The notes under the pieces are model-generated. The model was not told the origin of the DNA and did no database searches. It worked only from the letters and a program-made list of their open reading frames with translations. This document shows, piece after piece, positions 32,385 to 41,111 of a stretch of 64,000 nucleotides of DNA. Position 1 is the stretch's first letter. Each line of letters opens with the position of its first letter. Both the position numbers and the translations under genes were made by a program. Source of the stretch: an uncultured virus (IMG/VR IMGVR_UViG_3300010371_000035) (Duplodnaviria > Heunggongvirae > Uroviricota > Caudoviricetes); the IMG/VR virus record IMGVR_UViG_3300010371_000035. One strand, written 5' to 3'.

Positions 32385-33229
32385 AGGAACTTCTCCTCAT
32401 AGGGAACGTATTGCGTCTTGCTGTAGCCTCTCACATACTTGCTGAATTCACACAACATGTTCTGCACATCATGCAGTGTCGCCCGCTTGCCGAGCGCAGG
32501 TAGCTTGTCGTCAATCAAGTCTGCAAGTTCTCGCATCCAGACGACACCTTGCTGTTGATTCATCTTCTTGGCATCGGCATCACCACGATAGATGATATTG
32601 AGCCCTTTGATGCTGCCCGGTCCAAGCGGAGCCCATGTCTTGGCATCCTTGGCTTTGATGATGCCGAACGTATTCCAATCGGCAACGATCTGTCCTGCCA
32701 TGAACGAACCCTGACCGGGATGCTTTCGCAACTCCTTCCAAGTTTCCTCGAAGGATTCACAGAGCATGACGCCATTGCGGAACATAGGATCCAAAACACT
32801 ATCTACGACCGCCACATATTTCTTTTGACCGGGGCCTGCCACCACGCCGGTTATGATATACGCAGCCCTGAATATTTTCAGCTTCTTCGTTTCCATGTGC
32901 CGCAGGATGTTCTTGTATCGCATCGGGGACCAGACAGTTGGCAGTTGCGCTAGCGTGTCTGGTTCGTTGATCCAGCGAGCCACGGCAAATGAGAACCATC
33001 GATCCTTGGGTGCCCACTCCTGTGCCCAATCCCCAATCCACTTAGTGACCCGGTCGTCGGCACGGATCATGTTGCAGAAGTGATATTGTTGCAAGACTCC
33101 GTCCGAAGTCCACGGTGCCTTTTCACCAGCCTCTTTCTTGCGCCGGATATTCTCACGTTCGTTGATGAATTTCAGAAAGCTCAGCTTCCTGTCTTTCTCA
33201 GTCTTAAGATCATTAACGAGCAGACTCAT
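32381..33229 (-). CDS. 5-hmdU DNA kinase, helical domain (aGPT-Pplase1 family)
   Basis: FINERENIR..K..G...PWT.D.VLQQYHFCN..R.DDRVT.WI; FMAGQIVAD; GPGS..GL; DVQNMLCEFSKY. Confidence 0.85.
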   Translation of the reverse strand: MSLLVNDLKTEKDRKLSFLKFINERENIRRKKEAGEKAPWTSDGVLQQYHFCNMIRADDRVTKWIGDWAQEWAPKDRWFSFAVARWINEPDTLAQLPTVWSPMRYKNILRHMETKKLKIFRAAYIITGVVAGPGQKKYVAVVDSVLDPMFRNGVMLCESFEETWKELRKHPGQGSFMAGQIVADWNTFGIIKAKDAKTWAPLGPGSIKGLNIIYRGDADAKKMNQQQGVVWMRELADLIDDKLPALGKRATLHDVQNMLCEFSKYVRGYSKTQYVPYEEKFL

Positions 33230-33299
33230 ATTCCTTCTCCTCCTAATGTGCGTCCGGAGCGGTTTCCCGCCCCGGCCGACTTTGCTAAAGAGGTGAAGT

Positions 33300-33665
33300 T
33301 TATCGGACCTGGACGACGCCATCCTTCACGAGGAACGACAGGATGCCCGAAGCCTTGAACGGAATCTTGGCCTTGTCGAGCGCCTTGTTGAACTCGCCGA
33401 AGGTCATGTTCGGCTTGATGAGCGAGAGCGTCCGACCGACATTGCTGTCCGGGCGAGTGTTCCGCTGACCGACCACCTTGAGACGCTGATGATCCTCGAA
33501 AGTCTGGCGGGAAGCTCGTTGCGTCGGAGCTGCGGTCGCCTTGGCTCCCTTCTGCCCCTTGGCCACTTCCATCTGTTTCTTCGCACGCGGCTTGGTGACA
33601 CCGAGCAGATCGCTCTCGACGTTCCGAGAAGCCTTGCCGTTGGTCGCTTCCTTTGCCTTAGCCAT
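33300..33665 (-). CDS. Basic putative DNA-binding protein (paralog 2 of 3)
   Basis: AAGGAG RBS; C-terminal ILSFLVKDGVVQVR. Confidence 0.7.
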   Translation of the reverse strand: MAKAKEATNGKASRNVESDLLGVTKPRAKKQMEVAKGQKGAKATAAPTQRASRQTFEDHQRLKVVGQRNTRPDSNVGRTLSLIKPNMTFGEFNKALDKAKIPFKASGILSFLVKDGVVQVR

Positions 33666-33998
33666 AGTCAACTCCTTCTGTCTGCGATTTATGATCCATA
33701 CCCCGAATGCTATGAGCGCGAGGGGCTTGCGCACTGGCACTCCTTCTGCTACTTCCTCCACCTTGGCCAGCTCCGAGATGGAAGATTCTGACGGTGCATA
33801 GTATATCGCTTCCTCTAGCGTGCGAAAAGGAACAATGTGGACTACGCCGTCAAGATAATGGTCTATGACGAGATATAGCTCATGGTCACGCAGAGCCTGC
33901 TCGTCGTATGACAAGTTATGTGGAGGCACATCCCTATCTCCTTCGATCCTAGCACCAGTGTACCATAGATCTACTCGGAGTTAAACTTGAATTTTGCT

Positions 33999-36104
33999 TT
34001 ACTCACCCTTCTTGTATCGAGGTCCCGACCACGACTCTACAGCCAGCGGACAATTAGGGACCCAAGACAGAGGGCCGCACAAGATGGTGTTGAAGATATC
34101 GAGCGTGACTGTATTCTTCTTTGCTTGGGTGATTAGCTCGTCATGTACTGTATGGAGCAGACGGAACCCACGCTTCTCGAGCGGAGCAAACTTGTCCGAC
34201 ATGGCATGCCGTGCCTCGTGCTGAATAATGTTCTCGGTCAACAGCCCGCCATATGGATTGTATTTGATAAACCGACGCGGCTTGTCGGCTTGATAGTACG
34301 CGCGCAACTCGGGAACAACTCGAGTTTCACCTTTCAGGTTCTTTGTCGTCTTGCCAACGATATGCGCGAATGGATAATAGAGTTTCCCGCCGTCCAGACA
34401 TTGACAGACTAACATTTGGAACCGTTTGTCGTACCAGAACTTGATGCCGCGATATTCCTGCGCTGTGCCTTTCTTTGCCACCGCACGGATGCTGAGTGCT
34501 TTCATGATGCGCCAGAACCGCACCGTCATCGGATTGTTCTCACGCCACCGCTCGACCACGTACCGCGCGCCTTTCCAATCCTTCTCGTGCCCGCTGCCCG
34601 CCAACTTCCACAGTTGGTTAACCCATTCGCGCGTCCGTGGCGTTGCAGTCTTAACGACGATCGGATACAAGTCGCGGAAGTACACACCAGTCTTTTCGGT
34701 CTGCCGTGTCAGAGCCCCACAGCCTCCCTCGTATCCGAGCGATAGTTCCTCGATCTTTCCCCAATACCGCATGTCCTTCGTGCACTTCTCAATCGGCACG
34801 TTGAACAGTTCGGCTCCGTTCTTTTCGTACACGTCTGGGGCCAAGCCCATATCAGACAACATCCACTGCATGTTGGTGGACTCTTGCCCGGTAGTCGCCG
34901 CCAGCATGCGAGATTCGATTGACTTGAAATCGGCAACGTACAGATCGCTGTCTTCGTCGGCAACGATCATAGATCGAGTGGCGTTGGATACCGGCTCCAT
35001 GACATTGCCATAGCAAGACTCGACCAGCCAAGACTGTCCTTGCTTGATCGTGTCCACCACGTCGTCGATCAACTCGAGATACTTCTTATCCAACCGCTTA
35101 AGATTATCCATCTGCACGCCACGACCGGCCCAGCGGCTTGTATGTGCTCCATAGAACTGCCTTGCTCCTTTGACTGTCCCGTCTGCACATAGATGGACCA
35201 ACGCGCTCTTGTATTTGCTAGTGCTGCTACGGCCGCCTTCGAGCCGACACTGCAAGACAGTGCGCAAATTAGAAGGAAGATCGGGCGTCTTAAGCGCGTT
35301 CTCGATTGTTTCCTTTTTACAGTCGGTGACTTCGAGACCCTTTGCATTCAGCCATTGCTTGAGCTTTACCGGCTGGCTTGGATTGAACCCGCATATCTTC
35401 TTAGACTTCGCCGCCAACTCAAGGCTTCGAGTCTTAACGATCCGGATGGCATTTTGACAAAGATCGGTGTCGATCCGGATACCTCGATCTGCTACACGCT
35501 GATCGAACCAGTATTGACGTTCTTCATCGATCGGCAACAGTGGGAGTCTATCACCGCACTCTCGTTCGGTAACGACGTCCTGTCCGCAATAGGAATACAA
35601 CCTGTCATAAGTTGCCTTCCACTGCTCGCGATCCCAACGATGGACCTTCTCGATCTCCCCCATCACGCTGTATTCGATCTTGCGCGGCTTCGTCAGCTTG
35701 CGCATGGCCTTCGCACCCTCGGTATCCTTCCGAGCATCCACCCGCAGTGCTGGAGCCGCGAATTCCAATTTGCCTGGGAATCCACAAGCAAGCGCCCTGA
35801 CCATGGTGCAACGCCACTGGCGAATATCTACTTTGACATGCTTCGCCATCCGTCTGTTCCACACCAGACGTTCAAAGAGCGCGTGCCATGCGTGAAGCAT
35901 GCCGCCGCGCTCAATGTGCCGTTTCAGATCTTTAGGAAATGGCTCCCAGGGTTTCCATACTTGGACGGGTTCGTGGTTGATGGCCCAACCCATGCACAGG
36001 ACGTCGAAGTATGGATCTTCGATATAGACGTGTGTCCCGACTATTGGTAGTTTCCGGACACCGAACGTTTCAAAGTCAATGCTGGCAAAATCCTGTTTGA
36101 GCAT
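33999..36104 (-). CDS. polA: DNA polymerase, family A, with 3'-5' exonuclease
   Basis: DFET exo I; DFKSIESR (motif A); R..GK..EL.LGY (motif B); VHDE (motif C). Confidence 0.95.
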   Translation of the reverse strand: MLKQDFASIDFETFGVRKLPIVGTHVYIEDPYFDVLCMGWAINHEPVQVWKPWEPFPKDLKRHIERGGMLHAWHALFERLVWNRRMAKHVKVDIRQWRCTMVRALACGFPGKLEFAAPALRVDARKDTEGAKAMRKLTKPRKIEYSVMGEIEKVHRWDREQWKATYDRLYSYCGQDVVTERECGDRLPLLPIDEERQYWFDQRVADRGIRIDTDLCQNAIRIVKTRSLELAAKSKKICGFNPSQPVKLKQWLNAKGLEVTDCKKETIENALKTPDLPSNLRTVLQCRLEGGRSSTSKYKSALVHLCADGTVKGARQFYGAHTSRWAGRGVQMDNLKRLDKKYLELIDDVVDTIKQGQSWLVESCYGNVMEPVSNATRSMIVADEDSDLYVADFKSIESRMLAATTGQESTNMQWMLSDMGLAPDVYEKNGAELFNVPIEKCTKDMRYWGKIEELSLGYEGGCGALTRQTEKTGVYFRDLYPIVVKTATPRTREWVNQLWKLAGSGHEKDWKGARYVVERWRENNPMTVRFWRIMKALSIRAVAKKGTAQEYRGIKFWYDKRFQMLVCQCLDGGKLYYPFAHIVGKTTKNLKGETRVVPELRAYYQADKPRRFIKYNPYGGLLTENIIQHEARHAMSDKFAPLEKRGFRLLHTVHDELITQAKKNTVTLDIFNTILCGPLSWVPNCPLAVESWSGPRYKKGE

Positions 36105-36233
36105 TTTCTACTCGTGGCAAAGGGAGGTGCAGGGGATGCCGCCCCTGCGCGCCCACCACTCGACTGTTCCACGGATCGTGACAGGTGGCTTCATTCTCAG
36201 ACAGGCCAGGAATCGGCCCCGGCAAAGATCTGT

Positions 36234-36962
36234 CTAGAGAAACTCGTCGGCTGCGTCCTTCTTGCCTTTGCCAGCCTTGGTCGCCATGCTGGTCGGCTTC
36301 CGGCGCTGCGGCCTCTCCTCAACCTCTTCCTCGAGATCCTCGCCGCTATCCTCCATATCCCGTTCCAACTCGTCCCCTTCGTCTTCGGACCAGCTCTCGG
36401 GATCGTAACCGCCACCACCCAGAGGCTCGTCGTCGCGAATGAACTGGACGCCAGCAAGTCCAAGTCCGACGCCACGATTACCTTTCCGATCGTAGATGTA
36501 CGGACGATACAGCAATCGAGCCCAGCATCCGGAGTAGAACGTGCTGAGATCAACTTCTTCCTTGTTACGGCCGATGCAACGTGGTTGATATTTGCTGGAA
36601 GTGTTGAAGTAGTAGGCTCCATCCACAAAGCCTTCGTACTCACCAACCTTGTCGTCCTGCTCGCGCAATGGATCCTTGTACCGAGACCCGCGTTCGCCCT
36701 TCTCCTGGATGGCAAACCGACGGCAGGATTCTTTGAGCAGGGATAGATTCTCTCCTTTCTTAAAGAGGCAAGCGCATCCGTAGTTCTTGCGCTCGCTGCC
36801 GTCATCGTTCTCGCCAACCTTCGGTTGGACAAAGTTGACAAAGCTCAATCGGCAGATCGGACCGCGGACTGCGAAGTTGCTATAGAGGACGGAACCATTG
36901 GGAAGCTTCTTGATGGGCTTCAGTTCCTTGTCGCTCTTAGCGTCGTTCTTTCCCTTAGCCAT
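36234..36962 (-). CDS. Single-stranded DNA-binding protein (DUF2815/T7 gp2.5-like)
   Basis: RLSF, FYSGCWAR, GNRGVGLGL..VQFIRDDEPLGG and acidic tail. Confidence 0.9.
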   Translation of the reverse strand: MAKGKNDAKSDKELKPIKKLPNGSVLYSNFAVRGPICRLSFVNFVQPKVGENDDGSERKNYGCACLFKKGENLSLLKESCRRFAIQEKGERGSRYKDPLREQDDKVGEYEGFVDGAYYFNTSSKYQPRCIGRNKEEVDLSTFYSGCWARLLYRPYIYDRKGNRGVGLGLAGVQFIRDDEPLGGGGYDPESWSEDEGDELERDMEDSGEDLEEEVEERPQRRKPTSMATKAGKGKKDAADEFL

Positions 36963-37628
36963 GATGTGTTCCTAGTGTTAGGATGTGTTGATAGTGAGGG
37001 TCGGCGAGTCTAGCCCGCCGACCTAACACTAGGATACTATCAACGACCTACGAACGCAATGTGATTTTACGGGTTCTTGCTTTTCTGTTGCTCGTGCAAC
37101 TTCACGAGATCTTCGCCTTTTATGACGACGTAGTTCTTACTGTTCGACAACCCTAACACGTAGACGTACCCTAGAAAACACAGGACTACTCCGATAGAAC
37201 AGACGATTAAGGTCCAGAGTACCCATGTCATATCCCCCTCCTATCCCCGCTCTAGAATATCCCTCTCCTCCCTTTGCTCCAGTAGTAGAGCACGATTGGC
37301 AACCATCCACAAGACCAGCGCACGAATAGGATTGCGTTGGTCATCCAAAATCTCAAGCGATTTGTCCGATAGATCGGATTCAACCGGCGCAGGACACCGG
37401 ACAACACGCTGTATGCAAAGAATGCGCCTGCAGCGAAATAGAGGCCCAGCAGGGCTAGAGCCAACATCCGGCAATCCATGGTGCTCTCCTTAGGTTAGGT
37501 CGTGCTCTTCTTCGAGAGCTTCGACTGCGCTGTCACATCTGGCTGCCACACCTTCTAGGAAATCCTTCGCTTCCTGTGGTGTCATCTTATCAGGCACGCA
37601 CATTGCCTGAATGTGTTGATCGGCAGCC

Positions 37629-37859
37629 TCAACCGCTTGGCTCACCTTGTCTTCGGCCATCGTTCTCTCCATCGTTGTCTTTGAAGCCGGGCAAATACTG
37701 CACGCCGACTGTGGCAATTATAGCAGGCCGCCACACATGACCGCAATACTGGCATGCGTGAGTGTGGTGCGTATTCTGAGCGAAGATCCCACGGTCGATA
37801 TGCCTTTCACGACACATGGGACAATGGATTATCATCGGAACTGGCTTTTCGGAATCCAT
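37629..37859 (-). CDS. Small zinc-ribbon protein
   Basis: CPMC..RH.D....H.TH.CQYCGHVW. Confidence 0.65.
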   Translation of the reverse strand: MDSEKPVPMIIHCPMCRERHIDRGIFAQNTHHTHACQYCGHVWRPAIIATVGVQYLPGFKDNDGENDGRRQGEPSG

Positions 37860-38069
37860 CTAACTCTCCTTGAACAGCTTGGCGCGCACCGCACAGTCTT
37901 TGGCTTCGAGAAGCTTGCGCAATGCCATCCGTCGTTCCTCGTTTTGCGGCACGAGATACATCAAGTTCCCAGCCAGTTGAAAGAACGGCTTCGATACTTC
38001 GGCCAGATGCGGCGGCAGATGGCCAAACTCGAAGAACTGCAAGAGGTTGTCGTCATCCGATGAATTCAT
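37860..38069 (-). CDS. Small helical-hairpin protein, possible Acb2/Tad1-like
   Basis: LQFF...HLPPHL..VSKPF...ERRMALRKLLEAKDCAVRA; AAGGAG RBS. Confidence 0.65.
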   Translation of the reverse strand: MNSSDDDNLLQFFEFGHLPPHLAEVSKPFFQLAGNLMYLVPQNEERRMALRKLLEAKDCAVRAKLFKES

Positions 38070-39267
38070 CTTCGGCTCCTTCGTCATCGAAATAGGTATC
38101 GAGGCGCGGCATGTGACGCGCATTGTCTGCAGGCTGCAGTTTCTCCCGCCCCGGTGTCTTGTGCCAGAGCTTGTCGAAGTCGCCATAGAGGGCTTTGTTC
38201 TTAAGCATCCCCCGGACCCGAGCGACGCCCAACATCTTCCGAGGCGCATAGTCGTCCTCGTTTAGATTGAACTTCGCTTTCATCTTAGCTCGCAGTTGCT
38301 TCACCAGCTTCTGCTTATCGCCATTCCATTGTTTTGATTGACGACCGGCTCCCAGCACCCAACCCATCGGAGGCTTATTGCTCTGGGCCATCTCGTACGC
38401 CAAGTTCTCGATCGACTTGATCCACTGTTTCATAAGTGGCAGATCGAACAGGAGAGACCCAATCCGGCCGGTATCGTTCTCGTCAAACTTGTTACGCAAC
38501 AGACGGTACATTGCTTTTTCTGCCGTACGGCAGACAGCATGAGCTCCGCAATACAGACAATGCGATCCTGCCTTGCGAGGCGCTCTAGGGTCCTTTACGG
38601 CATCGACCTTGTCCTTTAGATCTTCTTCGAAGGCTCCGAGCTCATCGGGATCGGTGACATCGTGCAAGAATGGTCCGTCAACGTGATCCAAACGGGGTTG
38701 GTAGATCCAGAGGTGTACGGTATCCACTTTCTTACCGGCGCGCCGCAACTCTCGCAGCTTACCTGATGCATAGATCCGTATCTGTTTATTGTTCCGAGGC
38801 TCAGCAACTGCTCCATAGCCGTACTTGAGATCAAGTATGTGCAGCTGATATTCATTGTCTTTCGCTCGATCCAACGGGTCAATTGGATAGTAGCCATACC
38901 ATCCACAATCAAGCGTTCCACCACATTGCACTCCTTGTATTTTGAATTCGACGTACTTCTCGGTCCAAAGGATCCCTTTGCCGACCTTGCTCCTGACGAG
39001 ATCTACTCCATCCTGCACATGCTGGACCATGTCCTCGTCGATCACCCACTGCCCGGCATCCTTGGGTAGAGTGACTTCTTCCCCTAAGAATGCTTCGGCA
39101 TCTGTCTTACGACGCAGACATTGCTCGAAGAGCCAATGCGCCGCTGTCCCTTCATTGGCGATGGCCGATCCTTCGGTCAACATCGGAGCCATGCGCTCGG
39201 CCAGCACGCTGCCGGGGCACACGGTCCAGCGATGCGCGCTAGAAGGGGCTAGGAAACGAATCTGCAT
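38053..39267 (-). CDS. Cas4-like PD-(D/E)xK exonuclease (DUF2800)
   Basis: PSSAHRW..CPGS, GT.AH, GTLD, DLKYG, Q...YA, HCLYC....VC. Confidence 0.9.
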   Translation of the reverse strand: MQIRFLAPSSAHRWTVCPGSVLAERMAPMLTEGSAIANEGTAAHWLFEQCLRRKTDAEAFLGEEVTLPKDAGQWVIDEDMVQHVQDGVDLVRSKVGKGILWTEKYVEFKIQGVQCGGTLDCGWYGYYPIDPLDRAKDNEYQLHILDLKYGYGAVAEPRNNKQIRIYASGKLRELRRAGKKVDTVHLWIYQPRLDHVDGPFLHDVTDPDELGAFEEDLKDKVDAVKDPRAPRKAGSHCLYCGAHAVCRTAEKAMYRLLRNKFDENDTGRIGSLLFDLPLMKQWIKSIENLAYEMAQSNKPPMGWVLGAGRQSKQWNGDKQKLVKQLRAKMKAKFNLNEDDYAPRKMLGVARVRGMLKNKALYGDFDKLWHKTPGREKLQPADNARHMPRLDTYFDDEGAEDEFIG

Positions 39268-39875
39268 CGCATCACCTTCTCTTGATTTCATCTAAAGTGA
39301 TTTGTTCGAGATCTTCGAACATCTGGGCTTGCTTGTCGCTTGGATAGACCCGGCTGATCAATAGAACATTGTTATTCTCGCCCGGTACGCCGCCTAATCG
39401 GACGATTAACAAGAAACCATTGTCTACTAGACGGATTTCGATCTTTAGAGTTTTCATAGATCACCCTGCGTCTGAGATCACACGACCGCGATGGTCCTTA
39501 CCCTTGTGCTTGGATCCTCCGCGATACTTGGTATTCCGGGTAAATCGGATACCACCCCACCATGACCGGCTGCGCGGCATGCCGGTGACAGGATCACGAA
39601 TCAAGTTCAATGCCGCCTTTTCATCCTCGCTTAAAGGACGAAGATGGGTCGGCTTGTGAGAAGCAGGCATTACAGCAACCCTCCTTTTTCGAGCCATGCT
39701 CGGACATACAGCTTGAGATAGAAATCGTTGTCTATTTCGTGGAGTTCTGCTAACATCTCAGTAAGGTTCGCTTCAGTTAGCAGGTTCTTAGACGGACTTG
39801 TCGTGCGCGCCCATTCGTCAAGTTCATCCCACACATCTGTCTGCGTCAACATGGTACCTCCGATGAAGAGTCCAC

Positions 39876-39928
39876 AAAATAAAAGAGGGGGCTCGCGGGG
39901 AATTGCCAATCCCATATGCGAGCCCCCT
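39876..39928 (-). terminator. Rho-independent terminator closing the ncRNA
   Basis: AGGGGGCTCGC / GCGAGCCCCCT 11-bp stem followed by CTTTTATTTT on the minus strand. Confidence 0.8.
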
Positions 39929-40185
39929 ACTGCCAAGTCTAGTTCATGGCTACTAACGATTAGAACAACCAGATGAGTACTCTAACCACTGAGTTACCCC
40001 GGTACAGTGGTAGAAGATGGAACCGGGGGCAGGATTCGAACCTGCGACTCTCATTGGGTTTTCACCAGACCTTTCTTAGCAGATGGTTTAGGCAGACCGT
40101 TGAGGGCAATACACAGAATCGAAGTACGACCCTAATGTCCCATATGACTATGGGAGCCTGACCATAACCATGTCCCTCACAGGAC
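39929..40185 (-). ncRNA. Structured ncRNA containing a circularly permuted tRNA-like domain (39973-40054)
   Basis: Minus strand reads ATGAG-AGTC-GCAGG TTCGAAT CCTGC-CCCCGGT-T-CCA, then a 14-nt linker, then ACCGGGG-TA-ACTC AGTGGTTA GAGT-A-CTCAT. All four stems pair perfectly. RNA ends are inferred. Confidence 0.8.
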
Positions 40186-40956
40186 CTATGTAGTCCGCGA
40201 CATCCGGCCGTGGACAATGAAGTTGAGAAGCGGCGTCGCTATCCGCTCCTCGCTGATCTCTACGTCATTCGCTCGCTGACGTGCGCGTTTCGCTGCCTGT
40301 ATCACCGTATCGATCCTCCCGAGCATGTCCGATTTTTGGGCTGGGCTTATCGCAGCAGTATAGTGCGTTGTCGTCACCTTCGCAACCCGTACGTCGTCGT
40401 GACTCTCTTTGACCTGAGCAGGATGCTGTGGCGTCGGTTGGACCACTACGGTATAGACAGGGAGTTTCCTTGTAATGTATGAGATCTGATCGCGGCTCGA
40501 TTTGTGGATGTAGCCTTCCGAAGATTGCGCAGAGTCTCTTTCCCAGACAATCCCAGGCGCTTGTGTCGGAACCATCTCGACCATCGCCCGATATTCCTTG
40601 AACTTGTTCTCGAGAGTCAGCAAGAAACCGACCGGGACAGCTTCGGCCACGACGACTCCATCAATCTCCAGATCGGCTTTCGCTGTCTGGTTGGCGCACT
40701 CGATCTGGTAGTCGAGATCCAGCAATGCCCGGATATGGCCGTTCACATAATCCAACTTGCCGGGCACCGTCTCATCGACCTTCTTTTCCTCGATGCCGTT
40801 GAATTTCTGTTGCTCCTCGTCATAGAACTCAGTGATCTTGACGAACCCAGCGAAATGGGACGCACCTTTGAATGTGGCACGCGCCTCGTCTAAGATCTTC
40901 TTGGCGACCCCAGAACGATCCTTGTGGATCGACAGTCCTTCATGTAGCTTGGCCAT
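40186..40956 (-). CDS. Protein of unknown function directly upstream of the ncRNA
   Basis: AAGGAG RBS, 256 aa; motifs AN..AKADL.IDG...VPV.FLL.LE and T.QHPAQV. Confidence 0.8.
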   Translation of the reverse strand: MAKLHEGLSIHKDRSGVAKKILDEARATFKGASHFAGFVKITEFYDEEQQKFNGIEEKKVDETVPGKLDYVNGHIRALLDLDYQIECANQTAKADLEIDGVVVAEAVPVGFLLTLENKFKEYRAMVEMVPTQAPGIVWERDSAQSSEGYIHKSSRDQISYITRKLPVYTVVVQPTPQHPAQVKESHDDVRVAKVTTTHYTAAISPAQKSDMLGRIDTVIQAAKRARQRANDVEISEERIATPLLNFIVHGRMSRTT

Positions 40957-41111
40957 CTACTTCTCCTTTGGAACCATTTTCCTAAACGCTCGTATCCAAT
41001 CCAAGGCAAACGTGTTTCCGCGTCTTGCCAGCAGGATAATCTCAATCGCCTTGGCTGACGTGTGCCCGCCACGGCAGAGCAAGCGATAGACTCTGCCGTA
41101 GTGTTTCTGCT

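Noticed and set aside
33999..36104. Intein or intron in the polymerase (also considered for helicase and terminase)
   Set aside because: The polymerase and helicase have ordinary lengths, and no splice-junction motifs were seen in any of the three.
38053..39267. CRISPR-associated Cas4
   Set aside because: No array or other cas genes; this is the usual phage DUF2800-SSB-PolA context.
39973..40054. Conventional tRNA gene or attP fragment
   Set aside because: The halves are in permuted order with no anticodon loop; both halves are present and no integrase is in the window.
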